Shown here: positions 45,000-52,718 of the stretch, one piece after another
Layout of the letters: every line of letters begins with the position of its first letter
Position numbering within the stretch: the first letter of the stretch is position 1
From: Nitrospirota bacterium
GTDB lineage: Bacteria > Nitrospirota > Nitrospiria > 2-01-FULL-66-17
Length of the DNA: 64,000 nucleotides
Reading direction: 5' to 3'
Assembly (NCBI GenBank): GCA_049325335.1
Contig: JBMOMC010000006.1
Location: 32,001-96,000 of the forward strand
Program-made: the position numbers and the translations under genes
The notes under the pieces: model-generated
What the model saw: the letters and a program-made list of their open reading frames with translations, nothing else
What the model was told of the DNA's origin: nothing
Databases searched by the model: none

Positions 45000-47692
45000 A
45001 CCGCCACGTCAACGCCATTGCCGGTCGCTTGAGCCTGCGGCCCCCGCAGCGCCGTTCGCTGGAGATCCTCGACCGGATCACCGAGATCGCGCCGCCCAAG
45101 AAGGCCGTGGACCTGTCGTCGGCACTCGCCGCGATCCGCAGCGAGTTTCCGACCGTGACGGATTTCGAGCGGGAATTCCCGTCGCTCTGCTTCGCCCTGG
45201 CCACCGGCGTGGGCAAGACTCGGCTCATGGGCGCCTTCATCAGCTATTTGCACTTGGCGCATGGCATCAACCACTTCTTCGTGCTGGCGCCAAATCTCAC
45301 GATCTACAACAAGTTGATCACCGACTTTACGCCGAACACGCCCAAGTACGTGTTCAAAGGCATCGCCGAGTTCGCCACCGAACCGCCCCAGATCATCACC
45401 GGAGACAACTACGAGACCGGAATCGGCGTCCGTGAAGGACGACTGTTTGAGAGCGGCATCCACGTGAACATCTTCAACATCTCCAAGATCAATTCCGAGG
45501 TCCGCGGCGGCAAGTCCCCGCGCATCAAGCGCCTCTCGGAGTACATCGGCGAGAGCTACTTCGATTATCTCGCGGGCCTGGACGACCTGGTGCTGATCAT
45601 GGACGAATCGCATCGCTACCGGGCATCGGCCGGGGTGCGGGCGATCAACGAGCTGAAGCCGGTGTTGGGTCTGGAACTGACGGCCACGCCGGTCGTGGAA
45701 ACGGCCAAGGCCGCAGTGCGCTTCAAGAACGTGATCTATGACTACCCACTGGCGAACGCCATGGCCGACGGTTTCGTGAAAGAGCCGGCCGTGGTCACGC
45801 AGAAGAACTTCGACCCCAGACAGTTCACCCCACCGCAGATCGAGGAGATCAAGCTCCAGGACGGCGTGCGGCTGCACGAGAACACCAAGGTCGAACTGGA
45901 GACGTACGCCCGACAGACCGGGCAGCGGATCGTCAAGCCCTTCATGCTGATTATCGCGCGCGACACCACGCACGCCGGGCAACTGATGCAACTGATACAG
46001 TCCGCGAAATTCTTCGATGGGCGCTACAAGGACAAGGTCATCCAGGTGGACTCCAGCAGGACCGGCGCGGAAGAAGACGAGATGGTGCAGCGCCTGCTCG
46101 CGGTGGAGAGCCCTGATGAACCGACCGAGATCGTGATCCACGTCAACATGCTCAAGGAAGGGTGGGATGTCACGAACCTTTATACGATCGTCCCACTCCG
46201 GGCGGCCAATGCGCGCGTCCTGATCGAGCAGTCGATTGGTCGCGGATTGCGCCTGCCCTACGGCAAGCGAACCGGGGTGAGCGCGGTGGACCGGCTGAGC
46301 ATCGTGGCGCACGATCGCTTTCAGGAGATCATTGACGAGGCGAATCGGCCCGATTCAGTGATCCGTCTGGCGCAGGTGGTTCTGGATCCAGCGACGGATC
46401 TCCAGAAGACCCGAACCGTGATTGCGCAATCGAACGTGGCCGCGCAGATCGGCATGGCTCCGGCAACCCCGGGGGGTACGCTTCCCGCACCGGAAACAGT
46501 GGTCACTCCGCTGTTTACAACCGAGGCGGAGAAGAAGATCGCGCAGGCCGCGTATGAGGTGATCCGGCGATACGAACACCTTCCCGCGTCGACCGACCTG
46601 CTCAAACCGGACATCCAGGCAAGTCTCGTGAAAGAAGTCGCGGAGTACTTGACTCCCACCCAGCAGGCGCTGCCGGGCGTCACCGAGCCGGCCGATATTC
46701 CGGCCGTGGTCGCCAAGACCTTGCAGTTTGTCGTCCAGCAAACGATCGACATTCCTCGCATCCTCGTCGTCCCCAAGGGCGACGTGACCACGGGGTTTCA
46801 CCCGTTTACGCTGGGTTGCTCCGGCATCCGCTATCAGCCGGTTGAACGGGACTTGCTGATCCAGCATCTGCGAACGCACGCGCAGGAGACGTTAAGTTTC
46901 GGCGCCGGTCACCAACAGGAGCTGCGGCTCGAAGATTACCTGGTGCGAGGGCTCATCGACTTCGACGATGTCTCATACGACGAACACGCCGACCTGCTCT
47001 ACGACCTCGCCGGGCAACTGGTGGCACACCTGCGGTCGTATCTCTCGGAGGAGGACGCGCGAAACGTGTTGATCTACCATCAGCGGCAACTCGCCGCGTT
47101 CATCCACGCACAAATGCAGGCGCATCAGTGGGAGAAGGCGGCGGGATACGACGTCGTGGTGAGCAAAGGCTTTACCGAACTCAAACCCAGTGCCCATACG
47201 GTCCGGGACGGCGACCCGATTCATGATTTCCGCCAGACCGTGGAGGACAAGAGCCGGATCGCGCAATTGCTATTCGGCGGGTTCCAGCGCTGTCTGTATC
47301 GCGTCCAGAAGTTCCAATCCGACACCGAGCGCAAGCTCGCCGTGATCTTGGACCGTGAGGCGCTGAAGTGGTTCAGGCCTGTTCAAGGGCAGTTCCAGAT
47401 CATCTATAAACGGGGGGCGGACCAGCCCGAATACGTGCCGGATTTTGTGGCCGAAACGGCCACTGGAATCTATATGCTGGAGCCCAAAGCGCGGAGCGAA
47501 ATGACGGACGCCGATGTCCTGGCAAAAAGGGACGCCGCGGTCCAATGGTGCGCCCACGCATCGAATCACGCCCTCCAGAATGGCGGGAAGCCCTGGAAGT
47601 ACGCCCTCATTCCGCACGATGCGATTGCGGAGAACATGACGCTTGCGGGGTTGGTGAGCCAGTTCGCGATTATGCCTCAGGGGGCGATATAG
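44996..47692 (+). CDS. res: Type III R-M restriction subunit (Res)
   Basis: LATGVGKT, MDESH, LTATP, MLKEGWD, QSIGRGLR; C-terminal YVPDF..LEPK nuclease; GTG start 44996. Confidence 0.9.
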   Translation: MNRHVNAIAGRLSLRPPQRRSLEILDRITEIAPPKKAVDLSSALAAIRSEFPTVTDFEREFPSLCFALATGVGKTRLMGAFISYLHLAHGINHFFVLAPNLTIYNKLITDFTPNTPKYVFKGIAEFATEPPQIITGDNYETGIGVREGRLFESGIHVNIFNISKINSEVRGGKSPRIKRLSEYIGESYFDYLAGLDDLVLIMDESHRYRASAGVRAINELKPVLGLELTATPVVETAKAAVRFKNVIYDYPLANAMADGFVKEPAVVTQKNFDPRQFTPPQIEEIKLQDGVRLHENTKVELETYARQTGQRIVKPFMLIIARDTTHAGQLMQLIQSAKFFDGRYKDKVIQVDSSRTGAEEDEMVQRLLAVESPDEPTEIVIHVNMLKEGWDVTNLYTIVPLRAANARVLIEQSIGRGLRLPYGKRTGVSAVDRLSIVAHDRFQEIIDEANRPDSVIRLAQVVLDPATDLQKTRTVIAQSNVAAQIGMAPATPGGTLPAPETVVTPLFTTEAEKKIAQAAYEVIRRYEHLPASTDLLKPDIQASLVKEVAEYLTPTQQALPGVTEPADIPAVVAKTLQFVVQQTIDIPRILVVPKGDVTTGFHPFTLGCSGIRYQPVERDLLIQHLRTHAQETLSFGAGHQQELRLEDYLVRGLIDFDDVSYDEHADLLYDLAGQLVAHLRSYLSEEDARNVLIYHQRQLAAFIHAQMQAHQWEKAAGYDVVVSKGFTELKPSAHTVRDGDPIHDFRQTVEDKSRIAQLLFGGFQRCLYRVQKFQSDTERKLAVILDREALKWFRPVQGQFQIIYKRGADQPEYVPDFVAETATGIYMLEPKARSEMTDADVLAKRDAAVQWCAHASNHALQNGGKPWKYALIPHDAIAENMTLAGLVSQFAIMPQGAI

Positions 47693-47727
47693 GCGGGTAG
47701 GGGCAGTATCCTCCAAGTTTGGTGATC

Positions 47728-48318
47728 TTAGCGGGGCCCCCGACGAAGGCTTATCCGCCGCCGTAATTGAAGTGCAACACCACTTAAATTCCGACGCGAT
47801 ACGAGCATTGGCAGAGAGACGCGATACTGCTCGCACGCCGCGTCATCGGGAATCTGATGTCTAGCGATATAGAGCAACGCTTCTCTGGGAAGTAGAAGGC
47901 ATCCTGAGAACCACGCTGCCTCATCTTCCTGTTTCTGGTCGTAGCTCCGCATCACCCAGGCTCCATCTTGCGAGATGACCAGCCGGCTTGCCTCATGGCC
48001 TATGAGAATATGTGCCAACTCGTGCATTTGATCGCTTGATTGTCGCCCGAAAGAATGTTTGGGATTGTAGACCACAATGTGTCGTCCAGCACTTTCAACC
48101 GTTACTGCTGACCAACCATCTGGATCTGCATTGAGAAGCTGGCGCTTGTGGGACGGTTCGAGCCCCTGGACATCATGTGGAGTAATCAGCTCAACTTTGA
48201 GGAATCGTGCCAGGTCCGGAGCAAACAATGGACCATGGGCCTGAACACCGAGTTCTCGCCGAACACCTACCGAGGTGCGCTCAGCCCAGATTTTGAATCC
48301 CCGGTCAAATGTCGCCAT
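47728..48318 (-). CDS. ImmA/IrrE-family metallopeptidase
   Basis: HELAH; QEDEAAWFSGCLLLP; overlaps upstream HTH gene. Confidence 0.88.
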   Translation of the reverse strand: MATFDRGFKIWAERTSVGVRRELGVQAHGPLFAPDLARFLKVELITPHDVQGLEPSHKRQLLNADPDGWSAVTVESAGRHIVVYNPKHSFGRQSSDQMHELAHILIGHEASRLVISQDGAWVMRSYDQKQEDEAAWFSGCLLLPREALLYIARHQIPDDAACEQYRVSLPMLVSRRNLSGVALQLRRRISLRRGPR

Positions 48319-48691
48319 CTCGCAAATCTTGATCGGGTTGCGGCTGTGTCTCGGCAACCAGCGAAATCATCGAAACGAGGGCCTGCAGAGTCTCCTGCTT
48401 CGGCGCCCGGTCTGAACGAAGGTGTGCCGATACGTGGATTTTGGCCGGTCGACGTGCCTGCTCATCATGATGTTTGGCCTGTTCGACAGTAAATCCCATT
48501 AGTTCATTGGGATCAACTTGGAGCCACCTGCAGACCTTGGTGAAGGTGGCAATATCGGGCGTTCGGCCATTTTCAATCCGCATGAGCGTCGCCGGACTGA
48601 TCCCAATCTCGCCTGCGGTCTCGCGCAATCGTCGACTTCCCCGTTTTGCCTTGACGAAAGCCCCAAGGCCTTCCAACGTTCGTCTCGCCAT
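48305..48691 (-). CDS. XRE-family HTH repressor
   Basis: LRETAGEIGISPATLMRIENGRTPD; RBS AGGAGG. Confidence 0.9.
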   Translation of the reverse strand: MARRTLEGLGAFVKAKRGSRRLRETAGEIGISPATLMRIENGRTPDIATFTKVCRWLQVDPNELMGFTVEQAKHHDEQARRPAKIHVSAHLRSDRAPKQETLQALVSMISLVAETQPQPDQDLRDGDI

Positions 48692-48738
48692 TACGCCATC
48701 CTCCTAGGCGTTTAACTAAAGAAACATAACTCTACCTC

Positions 48739-48782
48739 TTGACAATCCGCAGTCTCCAACGGTAGAGTTTCACCTGTGAAAC
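48739..48782 (+). promoter_or_regulatory. sigma70 promoter with overlapping palindromic operator
   Basis: TTGACA-N18-TAGAGT (48739-48768) overlapped by GTTTCAC-CT-GTGAAAC (48767-48782). Confidence 0.6.
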
Positions 48783-48867
48783 AGATCTCAATCAACAATA
48801 TACGTGATTCGGATGGTTTTGGGAAGGAATATTTTGGCGACCACGACCAGATGGAAAGGAGCACAAG

Positions 48868-49095
48868 ATGGCCAATCAGCACGTTGTGCGTCGGGGACAA
48901 GAGTGGGCGGTGAAAGGAGAGAAAACGAAACGGGACACATCGCACCATCAGACCCAAGCCGAGGCGATTGAGGCAGCGCGCGAAATCGCGAAACACCAAG
49001 GCGTGGAAGTAGTGATCCACGGCCGGGACGGGAAGATCCGCGATAAGGATTCCTATGGAAATGATCCCATGCCACCACGGGATCTGAAACACTAA
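48868..49095 (+). CDS. DUF2188-family protein
   Basis: QHVV..WAVKGE..TQAEAIEAAREIA..EVVIHGRDGKIRDKDSYGNDP; RBS AAAGGAG. Confidence 0.88.
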   Translation: MANQHVVRRGQEWAVKGEKTKRDTSHHQTQAEAIEAAREIAKHQGVEVVIHGRDGKIRDKDSYGNDPMPPRDLKH

Positions 49096-49134
49096 TCATG
49101 TCTGACTGCGGGATAAGCCACGGAGTGATCAAAG

Positions 49135-49554
49135 ATGCGATATAGCGACGAAGAATTAACCGCCATTTTTGATCGGGCGTCCGGTTATTGTCATCTCTGT
49201 CGAAAAAAGCTCGCATTCAAAAATTACGGCGTCCTGGGAGCAAGAGGCGCTTGGGAAGTTGATCACTCGCGGCCACGGGTTCGGGGAGGGTGTGACCTAG
49301 GAATCAATCTTTACCCAGCCTGCTGTGTATGTAATCGAAGCAAAGGGAGTGTTTCAACACGAACAGTGCGGGGTTGGAACGGGTACAGCAAGGCGCCTCT
49401 GTCGAACACCAGGCGCAAGCTCGAAAAAAGAAATAACGCAATTGTCGGTGGAGTCCTCGGAGGTCTTCTCGGATTAGTTGCCGGTCCCTTCGGGGCAGTT
49501 GCTGGTGCAGCAATCGGGGCAACACTTGGTCACGAGGCCAATCCCGACAGCTAA
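49135..49554 (+). CDS. HNH endonuclease with C-terminal glycine-zipper segment
   Basis: CHLC ... WEVDHSRPRVRGG ... NLYPACCVCNRSKG; then GGVLGGLLGLVAGPFGAVAGAAIG. Confidence 0.82.
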   Translation: MRYSDEELTAIFDRASGYCHLCRKKLAFKNYGVLGARGAWEVDHSRPRVRGGCDLGINLYPACCVCNRSKGSVSTRTVRGWNGYSKAPLSNTRRKLEKRNNAIVGGVLGGLLGLVAGPFGAVAGAAIGATLGHEANPDS

Positions 49555-49566
49555 CGGAGGGGGACG

Positions 49567-49872
49567 ATGGCAAGGCAACCGAATACGAACGTACACGGGC
49601 AGCGATTTGATCAAACTGCGATAAATGCAGTTTGGGAGAAGGGGAATATCGTCCCTACGCATGACGTTTCGGTCTATCGGAAGGACGCCTGCGGAGCGTG
49701 GATTCAGAAATCGAGTTATGGGACGACGGGAGAGTATGGGTGGGAAATCGACCACATTCAGCCGGTTTCGAAAGACGGCGGGGATGCGTTGTCGAATCTT
49801 CAGCCGCTTCATTGGAAGAATAACCGGCATAAAGCTGACAATTACCCTAATTGGTCGTGTCTCGTCGGGTGA
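49567..49872 (+). CDS. Small HNH endonuclease
   Basis: GWEIDHIQPVSKDGGDALSNLQPLHWKNNRHK; RBS GGAGG. Confidence 0.82.
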   Translation: MARQPNTNVHGQRFDQTAINAVWEKGNIVPTHDVSVYRKDACGAWIQKSSYGTTGEYGWEIDHIQPVSKDGGDALSNLQPLHWKNNRHKADNYPNWSCLVG

Positions 49873-49877
49873 CTCCT

Positions 49878-50558
49878 ATGCGACCCTCCAAGCGTGTTTT
49901 GGTAAGCCCAATGTTTCGGGGAGCGGCAATCCTCGCCGTCCCCTTACTGGTCGCCTGCGCCTCCGTCCCCAAGGAGGTGGTGGAACTGTCCTACGTCGTG
50001 GGACACGATTTGGATGCTGTCCGCATCTCCTACCGAACGCTGATCCACACGCACTTCGACGACCTTCGCTCCCGCGCTAACGCCTTTCTTGAGGACCAGT
50101 GGGTACCCGCGTTTCTCTCGGACTTTGTCCAGCGTGGTCAGTTGGTCGAGAATGCAAGGGGGAGCGATCCAAGAGCCGTCTTAGAGGACGTCAGCATTTG
50201 GGCCGAGAGCGCAATGGAGGAAATCAACGACAAGCGACGGGTGCTGATCGAGCCCATCGATAGGGATGAGGCGTCATTGATGTCTTCGGTCGACGAAGCT
50301 TTTGATCGCCTGACGCGGGCTAATGCCACTATTACGGCGCACCTTAACAGTCTGCGCAAAGTCCAGGAGGTCCAAGACGAGGCCTTGAAGTCCCTACGCC
50401 TTCAGGACCTTCGTGAAGTGATCGATCAAAGGCTTGTGGCCGCGTCGGATGCAACTCAGAAAGCGATCGAGAAACTCGCCGAGGAACAGGAAGGTTTCGA
50501 GGGAGTGAAATCGCGTATCCAACGATCTCGGGGCACAGCCCCTGGAGGCGAGCAATGA
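49878..50558 (+). CDS. Hypothetical helical lipoprotein
   Basis: Lipobox LVAC after hydrophobic stretch; long amphipathic helices. Confidence 0.7.
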   Translation: MRPSKRVLVSPMFRGAAILAVPLLVACASVPKEVVELSYVVGHDLDAVRISYRTLIHTHFDDLRSRANAFLEDQWVPAFLSDFVQRGQLVENARGSDPRAVLEDVSIWAESAMEEINDKRRVLIEPIDRDEASLMSSVDEAFDRLTRANATITAHLNSLRKVQEVQDEALKSLRLQDLREVIDQRLVAASDATQKAIEKLAEEQEGFEGVKSRIQRSRGTAPGGEQ

Positions 50559-50851
50559 GCAGCCGTGAGGAAAAGCGAAAACGAATGAAGGAGTTGGCCC
50601 GCGAGTCGGCCCGACGGACTGATGACTTATTAGAAAGTGATCTTGAAGCGCTCAAGAAGGCCACCCAGTCGGACCTCGACGCCCTGCGGCCAAAGGTAAC
50701 GGATTCTGAGACATACGACCGGCTTGTGGAAGCTGTGAACGAGTCCACGCGACGAAATGAGAGCTTGGCGGAGTTGAAGGCGCGTTTGGAGAAACTTGGC
50801 GGCAGCGCTTCACAGCTCGTGAAGGAGGCGGTCAGGCTACTTCGTCCGTAG
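50555..50851 (+). CDS. Small charged helical hypothetical protein
   Basis: ATGA overlap with lipoprotein gene; RBS GGAGG. Confidence 0.7.
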   Translation: MSSREEKRKRMKELARESARRTDDLLESDLEALKKATQSDLDALRPKVTDSETYDRLVEAVNESTRRNESLAELKARLEKLGGSASQLVKEAVRLLRP

Positions 50852-50887
50852 CGACAATCCAATCTGCTCTTGGGACCGTGAGAGGAT

Positions 50888-52462
50888 TCACCGAGGAGTG
50901 TCGCCAAGATCGCTATTTTGTGAAGCACGAGGAGACCCGACGGACCCCTTTCCCATCTCCTCCTGCAAATCCCGATAGATCCGCTGATTGATCCGTTGCC
51001 ACAAGCCGAGTGGCTGGGCTTCTTTCCGGCGAAAGCGTGGCAACACTTTTGCGTAGTCCCATCCGTGCTCGATTTCCGGCTCGACCCACGAGACGCGCGC
51101 TCTTCGAGGCTCGCCACGCCAGTTGATCATTGCTTCACCGACCGCCAGTTCGTGCAGCAACGCCTCCGGCCGCACGCGCTGATCGTACATCTGCCGATGC
51201 GTCAGTGATGACGTCCGGGAATCAGTTCGCCGTGGATTGACGTAACGACTGAGGCTGATCACCTGCTCCGCGTCCGATCGCGATTCTCCCGCCGAGACCT
51301 GCGCGAACCACCGTAATTCCTGCCCGAAGAACTCAGACGCCCAGAGCGCCGACTCCAGGCTCTTAAGGCGCATAAAGACCTTCGTCTCCGTGTTCCCCAT
51401 CACGGTCTCCAGAAACCCCGTCGACAGTCCCTTCTCTCGATCCGCGAGTTGCGACGTCAGTTGGAAGGCTGCCACCACGGCCACATTTGCCTCCCGCGCC
51501 TGCTCGAACACCACGGCGAAATCGGGGAGGGCGTACGAGCCGAATTCGTCCAGCACGACCAGGCACGGCATCAACGGCCGAAAATCCTTCTCGCTGTAGA
51601 CCGCACCGATCGATGATTGCAGGTCTGTCAGGATCACTTTGCCCAGCTTCTCCGACTTCTTCGTCTCCTGTAGCCGCGGGAGCGCGGCGTAGATGATCTG
51701 GCTCTTCTTGATCGCCTGGTAGAAATCCACGTCGCTCACCGGCCGGCACAGGAAGTCTCCCATAGGCGTGCTCGAGATCGCGCCCAGTTCCGAGATCAGA
51801 CCGGAGAGCAGGTCGCTGACTTGTGCCGTGCCCTTGAACTTCCGCACGAACTTTTCCACTTCGATCAGCGAGTCTGATGCGTTATCGTTATACAGGTCTT
51901 GCTTCAAGATCCGGAACGCTTGGTCCGGTGTCTCGAAGATCGCTAGGATGTCTCGGTATGAGAACCCCCGCTTGAGATGGTGGAGCGCTCGTACCATCTT
52001 GAGAATTGCCGTGTAGGCGAGATTGGAGTAGTACGAGGCGGGGTGGCCTTCGGGGACCGAGGGCAGGAGGCGGTGGATCTTGTTGGCGATGATCCCTGCT
52101 TCGCGCTCGGCGTCGCGCGCCATCAGCGGGTTGTAGGCGTGGGAGAGTGTTGGATCCTGGGGATCGATCACCCGCAGGTCGCTTGCGCGGCCGCAGGCCT
52201 GGGCGAGCCAGGCCACCTTCGCGAAGCCGCTGTAGCGGCGCTTGCCGTCCATGAAGATTACGGCCCCGCCGCGGCGCATCTGCTGGTAGATCAGCGAGAG
52301 CAGGAAGCTCGTCTTGCCCGCGCCCGAGGAGCCGACGACCGCCATGTGCTGGGTGAGCAGGCGGTCGGGCAGCACCAGCTCCTCGCCGGTCTCGGCGTCG
52401 TAGCCGAGTGTCAGGCCCGGTCTGGGCCCGACAAAAGACGTCGCTTCAGTCCGCATCTCCAT
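50888..52462 (-). CDS. traD: Type IV coupling protein (TraD/VirD4-like) ATPase domain
   Basis: HMAVVGSSGAGKT Walker A, FMDGK, YNPL, VVLDEFG Walker B, GNTETKVFMR. Confidence 0.85.
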   Translation of the reverse strand: MEMRTEATSFVGPRPGLTLGYDAETGEELVLPDRLLTQHMAVVGSSGAGKTSFLLSLIYQQMRRGGAVIFMDGKRRYSGFAKVAWLAQACGRASDLRVIDPQDPTLSHAYNPLMARDAEREAGIIANKIHRLLPSVPEGHPASYYSNLAYTAILKMVRALHHLKRGFSYRDILAIFETPDQAFRILKQDLYNDNASDSLIEVEKFVRKFKGTAQVSDLLSGLISELGAISSTPMGDFLCRPVSDVDFYQAIKKSQIIYAALPRLQETKKSEKLGKVILTDLQSSIGAVYSEKDFRPLMPCLVVLDEFGSYALPDFAVVFEQAREANVAVVAAFQLTSQLADREKGLSTGFLETVMGNTETKVFMRLKSLESALWASEFFGQELRWFAQVSAGESRSDAEQVISLSRYVNPRRTDSRTSSLTHRQMYDQRVRPEALLHELAVGEAMINWRGEPRRARVSWVEPEIEHGWDYAKVLPRFRRKEAQPLGLWQRINQRIYRDLQEEMGKGSVGSPRASQNSDLGDTPR

Positions 52463-52718
52463 TTTGGTCTACAACGATCCTACTCCTGAGTTTGGCGACT
52501 CCTCTGAAGATCAGCAGCGCAGCGGCTGTTTCGTCGACCAGCACGAGTGCGATGACCCACCAAGGATCCACCCAGCCGGGGATCGGCACGACGGCGCGAA
52601 AGGGAAGAAAGAACACGGTGTGTATCAGAAACAGTGCCCCACCGCCCAGAAGCCAAGGCCAACGACGGCGTTTCTGTATACGCGGAGGGGATTCCACTGA
52701 CCGCGTCTCTTCACGCAC
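52446..52718 (-). CDS. Small two-TM membrane protein (possible detached TraD anchor)
   Basis: Two hydrophobic segments; overlaps both neighbours. Confidence 0.6.
   Translation of the reverse strand: MREETRSVESPPRIQKRRRWPWLLGGGALFLIHTVFFLPFRAVVPIPGWVDPWWVIALVLVDETAAALLIFRGVAKLRSRIVVDQNGDAD

Noticed and set aside
48767..48782. Resemblance to chromosomal parS (TGTTTCACGTGAAACA)
   Set aside because: The two extra central bases break the spacing, and its position over a promoter next to an XRE gene fits an operator better.
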